Assembly (NCBI GenBank): GCA_964387565.1
Contig: CAYLYN010000004.1
Span: 1-55,653, forward strand
DNA: 55,653 nt
Source: an uncultured Rikenellaceae bacterium
GTDB lineage: Bacteria > Bacteroidota > Bacteroidia > Bacteroidales > VadinHA17
Direction of reading: 5' to 3'
Made by a program: the position numbers and the translations under genes
Notes under the pieces: generated by a model
The model's input: the letters and a program-made list of their open reading frames with translations, nothing else
What the model was told of the DNA's origin: nothing
Databases searched by the model: none
Shown: in pieces, positions 25,149-34,229 of the stretch
How the letters are laid out: each line of letters starts with the position of its first letter
Position numbering within the stretch: position 1 is the stretch's first letter

Positions 25149-26978
25149 TCATAAAGATGTCCCGCGTTTCCATGGGATAAAATCAACCTGTCCGTTAATT
25201 ATGCTGGCAGGTTCTTTTATGCCGCCTGCCACCTCAATTACATAGTTTAAAATCCTTTCGGCAACCTGTTCAATATTTTCCTTCCCTTCAATTATAGTCC
25301 CTGCATTAATATCGATTATATCAGGCATCTTATGAAAAAGGCTGGTGTTTGTTGATATTTTTATTACCGGCGCAACAGGATTGCCTGTGGGTGTGCCAAG
25401 ACCGGTTGTGAACAAAACCAGGTTGGCACCTGAAGCTACCTCAGCAGTTACTGACTCAACATCATTGCCAGGACTGCAAAGAAGGTGAAGTCCCTGTCTA
25501 TTTATTTTTTCAGGATAGTCTGATACCGATACAACAGAAGAAGTACCGCCTTTTTTTGCAGCCCCGGCTGATTTCATGGCATCTGTTATAAGGCCATCAC
25601 TGATATTTCCCGGTGAGGGATTACTGTCAAAACCTGAACCGGCAGCTCTTGCTTTATCATTGTACGACTTCATTATTTCCAGGAACTTATCCGCATCGGA
25701 CTTATTTACACAACGGTCATAGAGATTTTGCTCCACTCCACTGAGTTCCGGAAACTCTGACAGGATAACTGAACCACCAAGGGCAACAATCATATCTGAA
25801 ACCAGGCCAACTGCAGGATTAGCAGAGATCCCTGAAAATCCATCTGATCCGCCACATTCAACACCAATGCAGAGTTTTGAAAGAGGTGCCGGCCTGCGTT
25901 CAACCTTGTCAGCCTCAGCCAGCCCCCTGAAGACTGAACGGATAGCCTGCCTGATCATTTCATCTTCAGATCCTATCTTTTGTTGTTCAAATTCAAAAAG
26001 CGGCTTTGAAAAATCCGGATCACGTTTTCTGATCTCTTTGTGTAAGATAGAAAGCTGAGCATTCTGGCAACCCAGGCTGAGAACAGTAGCTCCGGCCACA
26101 TTCGGGTGAGTGATATACCCTGCAAGAAGTCCGCACAGCTCCTCTGAGTCCTGCCTCGATTCCCCGCATCCGCCGCTGTGAGTGAGAAATCTGATCCCCG
26201 ATACATTTCTGAAGATCTTTGGCTTCTCAGTTCCTGCATCTGAATTGGCAGATCCATGCTCTGGTGTATCAACTGAAGATTTCTCATTTTTATAAGATGA
26301 GACCAGATCCCTGACCAGAGAGTTATATTTCGACACTTGCTGATATCCAAGTTCATGAAGAACTGCGTCTTTAATGATTTCCACGTTTCTGTTCTCACAA
26401 AAGACCATTGGCATTACCAGCCAGTAGTTAGCAGTACCAACCTGACCATCGGCCCTGTGATATCCCTGGAAACTTCTGCCCTTAAAAGTGTCTGTTGCAG
26501 GTGGTGACCAGATATAATTACGGGGATTGTTCCTTATTACTTCACTTGTGGCATTAACAGTGTTTTCTACTGTTATTGCCTTTCCTTTTGGAATCGATTG
26601 AATGGCTGTACCAACCTTTATACCATAAAGATAAATTGTCTGCCCGGCCGGTAGATCAGACAGGGCGAATTTATGCTTTGCGCCAATAAATGCTTTAATT
26701 ACTACCTGTTTATCTCCCAGTAATACATTAGTTCCTTCATCCAAATCTTCAAGGGCAACCGCAACATTGTCAAGAGGATGAAGATGAAGGACCCGGTTCT
26801 TTACCATACCGGCATCTTCCTTCAAAGGATCATCTATAAAACTGTTAAATGCCTGCATATCTTTTACCTGATTATCATTAGATTTCCCCGGAATACCAAA
26901 CACCATTCCGAATGATGACATGAAAATGAAATTCCTCCTTGAGAGAATTGATTTAAATTCCGATCCTGATCTTGCCAT
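25149..26978 (-). CDS. UxaA/GarD-family dehydratase (altronate / galactarate dehydratase-like)
   Basis: SAF-like N-domain LHLHPLDNVAVAL plus the UxaA C-domain (GCGESRQDSE, VECGGSDGFSGISANP). The ATG at 26978 adds a 57-aa extension containing SRRNFIF. An alternative start is M58 at 26807. Confidence 0.8.
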   Translation of the reverse strand: MARSGSEFKSILSRRNFIFMSSFGMVFGIPGKSNDNQVKDMQAFNSFIDDPLKEDAGMVKNRVLHLHPLDNVAVALEDLDEGTNVLLGDKQVVIKAFIGAKHKFALSDLPAGQTIYLYGIKVGTAIQSIPKGKAITVENTVNATSEVIRNNPRNYIWSPPATDTFKGRSFQGYHRADGQVGTANYWLVMPMVFCENRNVEIIKDAVLHELGYQQVSKYNSLVRDLVSSYKNEKSSVDTPEHGSANSDAGTEKPKIFRNVSGIRFLTHSGGCGESRQDSEELCGLLAGYITHPNVAGATVLSLGCQNAQLSILHKEIRKRDPDFSKPLFEFEQQKIGSEDEMIRQAIRSVFRGLAEADKVERRPAPLSKLCIGVECGGSDGFSGISANPAVGLVSDMIVALGGSVILSEFPELSGVEQNLYDRCVNKSDADKFLEIMKSYNDKARAAGSGFDSNPSPGNISDGLITDAMKSAGAAKKGGTSSVVSVSDYPEKINRQGLHLLCSPGNDVESVTAEVASGANLVLFTTGLGTPTGNPVAPVIKISTNTSLFHKMPDIIDINAGTIIEGKENIEQVAERILNYVIEVAGGIKEPASIINGQVDFIPWKRGTSL

Positions 26979-27051
26979 TCCGGATGATACTTTGCTTGCG
27001 CTGACTATTATTAAACCTGAAATCTCTTTTCATAACCGGTTATGAATTCGC

Positions 27052-28071
27052 TTATTTTCCTTTCTTGTTTATAAGTGCATTTAATATTGGGGTAACCCAT
27101 TGTTCCTTGTCAATATCAAAAACAATGAAATCGCTGTCAAACTGCCAGTATGCCCAGCTGAAACCAAGCTTTTCGGCAGTTCTCGCAACATATGCAGTAT
27201 ACCTTGCCCGCGATTCCATTGGAGCTTTATCATATGAGCCAAATTCTCCAAGGAAAATAGGACGGTTATGGGCTTTTGACCAGTCAGCAGCCACTTTCAG
27301 TCTTGAATCAACCAGCTCCTTTTCTTCTTTTGTTCCGGTCCAGGTTATTCCGCTAAGATTCGCATTATCCTTTGACCATGATGCTCCCTGGTGAGTGAAT
27401 TTCATAGGGTGATAGAAATGAACTGTTACTATTATATTCCTGTCATTCTCAGGCAGTAAGAGCGTAGGCAGTGTTTCAATACCATTCCAGTTGGCGGGCC
27501 CTATTATTAAGGTACGGTTCGGGTTGGTTGCACGGATTATATCAATAGCATCAACCAGAAATGAGTTCCATAAATCAGGTGTAAGCTTCCTGTTTGGTTC
27601 ATTCAGGATCTCAAATATCACATTTGATGGCTGATCTTTGTATCTTGGTGCCAGTTGCTTCCATACTGCAAGGAACATATCCTTTTTTGCCACCGGATCA
27701 TCTGCCATAGCATTATATTCATGCATGTCAAGGATTACCATCAGATCTGCCTCTACAGCATTTTTCACTGCCCAGTCAAGAGTCTCAAGCCAGTTTTGAT
27801 TGATCTTAAATTCACTATCCATATTTGAAAAAGGATGCATGTTTATACGGACATTTGAGAAACCCGCCTCTCTGATCATTTTAAAATATGCCTCCCTGAA
27901 ACGACCTTGCGTATGATCTTTCCATAGCTCTTTGTCATAGCCAATTATGTTCACGCCTCTGGAAAGCTTTTTATTCTGTTCAGTGGCAGAGATAACCTGT
28001 CCGTTTATTTTGAGATTAAATAAGACAAGACAGATAATTATTGCTGTAAAAAGGATTGAATTTTTCATCAT
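27052..28071 (-). CDS. glycoside hydrolase family 5 (endoglucanase/mannanase-like), secreted
   Basis: 339 aa with a signal peptide. GH5 hallmarks: RGVNIIGYD, VIFEILNEPN (acid/base Glu), FLGEFG (nucleophile Glu), WAYWQF. Confidence 0.85.
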   Translation of the reverse strand: MMKNSILFTAIIICLVLFNLKINGQVISATEQNKKLSRGVNIIGYDKELWKDHTQGRFREAYFKMIREAGFSNVRINMHPFSNMDSEFKINQNWLETLDWAVKNAVEADLMVILDMHEYNAMADDPVAKKDMFLAVWKQLAPRYKDQPSNVIFEILNEPNRKLTPDLWNSFLVDAIDIIRATNPNRTLIIGPANWNGIETLPTLLLPENDRNIIVTVHFYHPMKFTHQGASWSKDNANLSGITWTGTKEEKELVDSRLKVAADWSKAHNRPIFLGEFGSYDKAPMESRARYTAYVARTAEKLGFSWAYWQFDSDFIVFDIDKEQWVTPILNALINKKGK

Positions 28072-28119
28072 AATATAATTTTGATTTTAAAGGAATGATG
28101 GAACAGAACATGTTTGATA
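28072..28119 (-). promoter_or_regulatory. conserved 5' leader, copy A (TCAAACATG-N5-TTCCATCATTCC-T-TTAAAATCAA-N9-ATGATG on the coding strand)
   Basis: Three exact blocks (plus strand TTGATTTTAA, GGAATGATGGAA, CATGTTTGA) are shared in the same order with 49259-49303, upstream of an unrelated gene. Confidence 0.55.
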
Positions 28120-28265
28120 AATTTATAAAATGAGTGTCGGTAATTATACACAAAACTCCATTGATTTTCATTTTAAGTTCACATTTTGTAAGTTAACACT
28201 CTTTTAAATATAAATCTTTTCGTTAATATAAAACTTCCGTTTTTACATAATTATATCTCATCAAT

Positions 28266-30431
28266 ATGAAAAGAAGAGATTTTATCAGGACTTCATCGGC
28301 AGCTTTAGCTGCAACACAGATTCCTGATGTTTTATTTCCTGAGAATTCAGGATTAATTGCACAGGATACATGGTTCAATCGTCCAATGAGATGGGCTCAG
28401 CTTACTCTTGTGGAAAATGATCCGGGTCGATTTGATCCAGATTTCTGGCTGAGTTATTTCAAACTTATTCATGCCGACGGGGCCACTCTGAGTGCAGGAG
28501 GTGTAGTGGCTTATTATCCAACTGATGTGCCTCTGCACCACAGGAGCAAATGGCTTGATGGTTCCGATCCCCTGGGTTACCTGATGACCGGGTGTCGTAA
28601 AATGAATATGTCGCTTATTACCCGTACCGATCCCCATGCCACATGGCAGAATGTTTATGAGGCACATCCCGACTGGATAGCAGTCAACTCCGATGGTGAA
28701 AAGCGACGCCACTGGTCAAATCCTGAATTATGGGTGACCTGTGCACTCGGCCCATATAATTTTGAGTTCATGACGCAGGTTCATAAAGAGATCATGGAGC
28801 GTTATGAGCCTGATGGTATTTTTTCAAACCGATGGGCAGGACATGGAATCTGTTACTGTGAACATTGTGTAAAGGATTTCAGGAAGTATTCAGGTATGGA
28901 ATTACCTCGCAGCAGCGATAAGTCAGACATAGCATTTCTGAAGTACACGGAATGGAGTACCGGCCGGCTCAAAGAGCTATGGCTGTTATGGGATAATGTA
29001 ATCCGGAAACAGAAATCCACTTCAAGGTTTATTCCTAACGGCTTCCCTGATAAGGTTATAACCGGTCAGCTATCTGATATTGTTTTCACTGACCACCAGG
29101 CCAGAAGCGGATTTACCATGCCCTGGTCTAATGGAAAGGTTGCCAAAGAGCTGCGTGCTTCCATTGGAATGAAACCACTTGGTGGTATATTCAGCGTTGG
29201 TATAGCTGACCAGAACAGGTGGTCCGATTCAGTTCAGAGTGAAGCAGAAACAAGGATATGGGTTGCAGAGGGAACTGCAAATGGCATGCGTCCGTGGTTT
29301 ACCAAGTTCTCCGGAGTACTTTATGATAAACGCTGGCTAGGAACAGTGGAAAAAATATACCAGGAACACTTCAGGAACGAAAAATATTTACGTAATACTG
29401 CACCGCTGGCACGAGTTGGAATGGTATTTTCAGAACGGTCCCGAATTACGGGCAGAGAAGTATGGCAACAAAGATCCGAAGATCACTCATCGGGGATGTA
29501 CCATGCTCTTATTGAGGCAAGGATCCCGTTTGAGATGGTGAACGATCGTTTGCTGGATAAGGAACACCTGAAACCTTTCGGGTTGCTTATCCTTCCAAAT
29601 ATTGCTGCTTTGTCGGATAAACAGTGCAGGCAGCTGAAGGAGTATGCAGAGGAGGGAGGATCAATCCTGGCTACCTTTGAAACTTCACTATATGATGAAG
29701 AGGGCAGAAGAAGAAATGACTTCGGGCTGGCAGACCTTTTTGGCCTGTCATATGACAACGGAGTTGAAGGTCCGATGAAGAACAGCTATCTGAAACTAAA
29801 GAAAGATCCGGTTACCAGTAAATATCATCCTGTACTGGACCAGATGGAAGATGCTTACAGGATAATCAATACAATATACAGGGTAAAAGTAAGACCTTTT
29901 TCAGATTTCCCTTCACCGGTAACACTAATACCAACATATCCTGATCTCCCGATGGAGCATGTTTATCCAAGAAATGAGGATACTGATATTAGGGAACTTT
30001 ATATGAGGGAAAGTGGAAAATCAAGAATAGTATATTTCCCCGGAGATATGGATCGTACATTCTGGCAGGTATTCTGCAAAGATCATGGCAGGCTCTTAAC
30101 AAATGCTATTAACTGGGCTCTTAATGAAGATCCATTAGTTGAAGTGAAGGGGCCTGGTGTACTGGATGTAACTATCTGGAGACAGGAGCAGTCAATGACA
30201 ATCCATCTTGTTAACCTTACCAATCCAATGATGATGAAGGGCCCTTACAGGGAACTGATACCTGTACCGGCTGATGTTACAATCAGGATCCCTGAGGGAC
30301 TGAGGCCACTTAATATACATCTGCTGATAAAAGGATCACAGCTTCCCTTAAAGTTCTCAGGTGACAGGTTAGTGATAACAGTACCGGAAATAACTGATCA
30401 TGAAATTATTGGAATTGATCTGCAGACCTGA
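28266..30431 (+). CDS. TAT-exported putative glycoside hydrolase (GHL6-like TIM barrel + GH42-type trimerisation/GATase-like domain)
   Basis: 721 aa. Twin-arginine signal MKRRDFIRTSSAALAA. The N-terminal half resembles the 'hypothetical glycosyl hydrolase 6' family. The middle region (LLILPNIAALSDKQCRQLKEYAEEGGSILATFE) resembles the beta-galactosidase trimerisation domain. Called from memory, not searched. Confidence 0.5.
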   Translation: MKRRDFIRTSSAALAATQIPDVLFPENSGLIAQDTWFNRPMRWAQLTLVENDPGRFDPDFWLSYFKLIHADGATLSAGGVVAYYPTDVPLHHRSKWLDGSDPLGYLMTGCRKMNMSLITRTDPHATWQNVYEAHPDWIAVNSDGEKRRHWSNPELWVTCALGPYNFEFMTQVHKEIMERYEPDGIFSNRWAGHGICYCEHCVKDFRKYSGMELPRSSDKSDIAFLKYTEWSTGRLKELWLLWDNVIRKQKSTSRFIPNGFPDKVITGQLSDIVFTDHQARSGFTMPWSNGKVAKELRASIGMKPLGGIFSVGIADQNRWSDSVQSEAETRIWVAEGTANGMRPWFTKFSGVLYDKRWLGTVEKIYQEHFRNEKYLRNTAPLARVGMVFSERSRITGREVWQQRSEDHSSGMYHALIEARIPFEMVNDRLLDKEHLKPFGLLILPNIAALSDKQCRQLKEYAEEGGSILATFETSLYDEEGRRRNDFGLADLFGLSYDNGVEGPMKNSYLKLKKDPVTSKYHPVLDQMEDAYRIINTIYRVKVRPFSDFPSPVTLIPTYPDLPMEHVYPRNEDTDIRELYMRESGKSRIVYFPGDMDRTFWQVFCKDHGRLLTNAINWALNEDPLVEVKGPGVLDVTIWRQEQSMTIHLVNLTNPMMMKGPYRELIPVPADVTIRIPEGLRPLNIHLLIKGSQLPLKFSGDRLVITVPEITDHEIIGIDLQT

Positions 30432-30466
30432 TTGTATTAAGCTTCTGTAACAGTTGGGAGGCGATA

Positions 30467-31147
30467 TCAACCCATAGTTATATTCCCTTCAGGCATAAAT
30501 GAGGTATCCATATAGTACCTGCCCGGATCAGCGGGATCAATGTAAACATCTATGCGGGATTTTCCTGAAAGGTACGAAGAAGGATCAATTGTGTAATCCT
30601 TACTTACGAAGTAAAACTCCCTGTTCGTATTAGTGTCCGTCCACCTGCATTTTATCACCCAGGGATTCTTATCCCCCATCTTGTATCTTTCATTTCTGCC
30701 GATTGTTACTAATTCTGCAGAAATCTTCATCCCATTACTTTTCAGTCTTTTATCTGCAGCATCCTTCATAAAGCTCCTGAAAAACAGGTAAAAACAAAAA
30801 ATGGATATAAATCCCGCAACAATAACACCCCTCATATTGTATCCGATAGTATCTCCGAAGTCTATTTTCGTTGGATCATCTTTGTCATACCAGACTTTGA
30901 CTTTTTCTCCTGTTGAAACATAATTTCGTTTTGGTGTTGTTGCAGTAACCTCAGCTCCGTCAGATGTATTAAAAGTGACAGTAACTCTTGCAAGTCCCTT
31001 TCCTCTGGTGTTTCTGTCAGATACAGTAGCCTCAACCGGAATCCCGTTATTTTTTAGTCTGACCGATTTGAGTACACTGCTTAACGGAAAAATCATAAAT
31101 ATAGCTGCAGCAATAGCTGCTACCAGTGCGGCTTTTTTTGCGTTCAT
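30467..31147 (-). CDS. membrane protein with two DUF3592-like modules
   Basis: 226 aa. The pattern TM-beta-rich module-TM-beta-rich module (…GIPVEATV…VTFNTSDG…VKVWYDKDDP… / …GMKISAELV…IKCRWTD…IDVYIDPADP…) is typical of DUF3592. Confidence 0.6.
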   Translation of the reverse strand: MNAKKAALVAAIAAAIFMIFPLSSVLKSVRLKNNGIPVEATVSDRNTRGKGLARVTVTFNTSDGAEVTATTPKRNYVSTGEKVKVWYDKDDPTKIDFGDTIGYNMRGVIVAGFISIFCFYLFFRSFMKDAADKRLKSNGMKISAELVTIGRNERYKMGDKNPWVIKCRWTDTNTNREFYFVSKDYTIDPSSYLSGKSRIDVYIDPADPGRYYMDTSFMPEGNITMG

Positions 31148-31276
31148 GTGAATGGAGAATAGATGTTCTGTATAAAGTAATCTAACACCAAATTAATGAA
31201 TATTTTCAGAATTCAATCTAAATAATTAAGAGTAGTATTTAATATCTGAACAAATCCACTAAAGAGAAATCAGTTA

Positions 31277-32692
31277 TTATCTGACACAATTTGTCTTCAG
31301 GTAGTCCATCCGCTTTTTCAACTTTTCAATTTCAATAGAGTAATCAGGGTTGTTCATCAGATTGGTTGTCTCTTTCCTGTCATTCGAAAGATCGAAGAAT
31401 TCCTCGTATTTATAATAAGGCCACATTATATATTTTGAATCACGAGTGATAATAGCCTCAGATGAAGGGATCCTGCTCTCATTAGTAACGAAGGGATGCT
31501 CATAATAAAAATCTTCTCTCCAGCCACTCCTGTCATCTGAGAGATAGAGTCTCGAAAGGTCCTCTCCCTGCATAGTCTCTGGCACATTGATCCCTGTTGC
31601 GGAGAGGATTAAGGGAGCGATATCGATATTTAAGACGAATTCTTCATTATAACAATTCCGCTTGCTTTGAACAAGTCGCGGATCATGTACTATCAGGGGA
31701 ACTCTGACAGATTCCTCATATGGATACCATTTATCGGCAAGACCATGTTCAGAATGAAAATATCCGTTGTCGCCCATAAATATTATTAGCGTATTATCAT
31801 AAACTCCCTGCTCCCTGAGTTCATTGATTATCCTGCCTGTTGCAGCATCGAGTTCGGTAAGCATCCTGTAATATGCTTTCATATACCTCTGATATTTTTC
31901 AGGGGAATCGAATCTCCAGTGCCATCTGATCCTGCCTTCGTTAACCTCTGTCGAGAGAAAATAAGGCAGCAACCGGAAGTAATCATCAGAAGAGGTTTCA
32001 GGTACCGGAATAGTATCATTTTTATATAAGGCTTCACTTTCAGGCTGGTAACGATACTGGTCAGGATGATTATCCTCTGCATGTGTTGCAAAGAAACTGA
32101 CAGAGAGTACAAAAGGTTTATTCCTGGGTCGTTCTTTAAGGAAGATCAGGGCATCACGGCAGTTCCTGGCAGTAACATGTATTGAATCACCATCAGCTTC
32201 CGGCCACCAGTGCTTTCCTTCATATTCCCTTGAAAAATCAAAATTATCAGGGTCGATCTTTCCTACACCATACTTCCCGACAAAACCCGAATAGTAACCT
32301 GCCTCCCTGAGTAATGCAGGATATGTCAGTGAGAATGCTGCAGGAGAAAGAGGAACTCCAAAATCTCTGATACCGTGACGGCTCATATACTGGCCTGTTA
32401 GTAATGAGGCTCTGCTCACCATACTAATTGAAGTTGTTACAAATGCATTAGTAAACCGGATACCGTCAGCGGCAAGTGAATCAAGATTTGGAGTATGCAG
32501 TATATCATTCCCCATGCAATTAAGTGAATTCCACCTCAGATCATCAGCCAGGAGGAAGAGAACATTCATTTTTTCATCCCCGCTGTCTGTTTTCCCTGAA
32601 CTGCAGGAGGCTGATAAAAGGCAGAATCCACCCGATATTGCGACACTGTATATTTTATGGAAATGCCTGCTAAATGAATTCATAAATCTCAA
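31277..32692 (-). CDS. sulfatase (lipoprotein), Ser-type with non-canonical S-M-V-S-R maturation motif
   Basis: 471 aa. NVLFLLADDLRW, TSISMVSRASLLTGQ (nt 32411-32425), FMGDNGY. Lipobox LSASC. Confidence 0.85.
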   Translation of the reverse strand: MRFMNSFSRHFHKIYSVAISGGFCLLSASCSSGKTDSGDEKMNVLFLLADDLRWNSLNCMGNDILHTPNLDSLAADGIRFTNAFVTTSISMVSRASLLTGQYMSRHGIRDFGVPLSPAAFSLTYPALLREAGYYSGFVGKYGVGKIDPDNFDFSREYEGKHWWPEADGDSIHVTARNCRDALIFLKERPRNKPFVLSVSFFATHAEDNHPDQYRYQPESEALYKNDTIPVPETSSDDYFRLLPYFLSTEVNEGRIRWHWRFDSPEKYQRYMKAYYRMLTELDAATGRIINELREQGVYDNTLIIFMGDNGYFHSEHGLADKWYPYEESVRVPLIVHDPRLVQSKRNCYNEEFVLNIDIAPLILSATGINVPETMQGEDLSRLYLSDDRSGWREDFYYEHPFVTNESRIPSSEAIITRDSKYIMWPYYKYEEFFDLSNDRKETTNLMNNPDYSIEIEKLKKRMDYLKTNCVR

Positions 32693-32722
32693 TTTCCTTA
32701 AAGGTATAATCCCTTTTTCTGA

Positions 32723-34213
32723 CTATTCAAAATTCATGTTACCCCCTCTTTCCCTGATCCAGGTTCTCAGGATCTGCCTGTGCGATTCTAACTCATCTTC
32801 GAATTCCTGATCATATGCAAGATTTCGCATTTCACCCGGATCATTTATAAGATCGAAAAACTGTTCATTGAAGGTCCCGGAAGTAAAATAGTTATATTTA
32901 AATCTCTCAGTTCTTACCATTCGCCCCAGTCTCGTTGTATCAGGCTTGTAATCGGCAAGCTCAACAATAATACTTTCGTGCAGTGAAGAAAGTTTACCTT
33001 CAATCAGAGGACGAAGGCTTTTACCTGCAAAATTCAATTCCGTACTGATGGAGGCATAATCACAAAATGTAGGAACCAGATCGGCTAATGTTACAATACT
33101 ACTGCTTACCCTGTTCTTTTTGATTTTTCCAGGGTAAATAAAAAACAAAGGGACCTTAGCAGACTCTTCATAAAGGCTATTTTTTGCCGCCCACTTATGA
33201 GCAGCTGCTCCATCACCATGATCTGAAGTGAATACAATTATTGTGTTTTTATCAAATCCGTTCCCCTCAATTTCTTTTAAAAGCCTTCCTATTTCAGAGT
33301 CCACACGCTCAGTCATCCTGTAATAGGCATTAAGATATGATTGCCATTCTTCATCAGAATAAGTGAATGCCAGCTTAGTCTCCAAACCATAAGTTTCATG
33401 GTGCAGTCTCTTTTCTGTTAAGAATTCCGGTTCATTTTTACTAACCGGGAAGTTAAAAGGAAGCGGAGGAAGATCTTTAAGCTTATCCGGGGCTATACCA
33501 ATCGGGTCAGGTAAACGGTATTTGAACCCATAGTAGCGTATTTCAAGCAGAGAATCATTTTCAGAAACCCATCCCGATTTTCTTGGATGGAAACATATAT
33601 CATGCGGATTATGATAGCTTACGACCAGAAATAATGGTTTCTTCCTGTCATAATTTTTGAGAAAGGCTGTCACAGCGTCAGTTAATGGAGGATCCGTTTC
33701 CGATCCAAGCATCCATGGTTCTTTTTCAGCATCATAGAATGGAAGTACCTCGAATCCCCTGATTTTCCTTTCACCTGATCTGGCTGCTGCTCTCTGAGGA
33801 TAACTTTCAGGCAGGTGCCATTTACCTCCCCATATGGTATTATAACCAGCCTCACGAAATATCTCTCCAACAGTCACAACATCTGAATTGAGTGAATCAC
33901 CATTATAAACCACGCCTGTTTCACAAGGCATCATTCCGGATATGATACTCGACCTTGACGGGCCGGAAACAGGAGATGTACAATATGCCTGGGTAAATCT
34001 TATTCCCGTTTGAGCCAGCCTGTCCATATTCGGTGTTTTGACATATTTGTTGCCGGCGATACCCAATGTTTGTGAATTCTGCTGATCAGTGAAGATTAAA
34101 ATTATGTTTGGTTGTTCCTGTTTCCCGTTGTTGGAACAAGAAACACCTCCATAAAAGAGAAGTGCGGTAACAGGTAAAATACAGGTATTACTTTTTATTA
34201 TCGGGATTCTCAT
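32723..34213 (-). CDS. sulfatase (lipoprotein), Ser-type (S-G-P-S-R)
   Basis: 496 aa. NIILIFTDQQ, CTSPVSGPSRSSIISG (nt 33953-33967), FTSDHGD. Lipobox GGVSC. Confidence 0.85.
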   Translation of the reverse strand: MRIPIIKSNTCILPVTALLFYGGVSCSNNGKQEQPNIILIFTDQQNSQTLGIAGNKYVKTPNMDRLAQTGIRFTQAYCTSPVSGPSRSSIISGMMPCETGVVYNGDSLNSDVVTVGEIFREAGYNTIWGGKWHLPESYPQRAAARSGERKIRGFEVLPFYDAEKEPWMLGSETDPPLTDAVTAFLKNYDRKKPLFLVVSYHNPHDICFHPRKSGWVSENDSLLEIRYYGFKYRLPDPIGIAPDKLKDLPPLPFNFPVSKNEPEFLTEKRLHHETYGLETKLAFTYSDEEWQSYLNAYYRMTERVDSEIGRLLKEIEGNGFDKNTIIVFTSDHGDGAAAHKWAAKNSLYEESAKVPLFFIYPGKIKKNRVSSSIVTLADLVPTFCDYASISTELNFAGKSLRPLIEGKLSSLHESIIVELADYKPDTTRLGRMVRTERFKYNYFTSGTFNEQFFDLINDPGEMRNLAYDQEFEDELESHRQILRTWIRERGGNMNFE

Positions 34214-34229
34214 AACAAAGCATTGAGTA

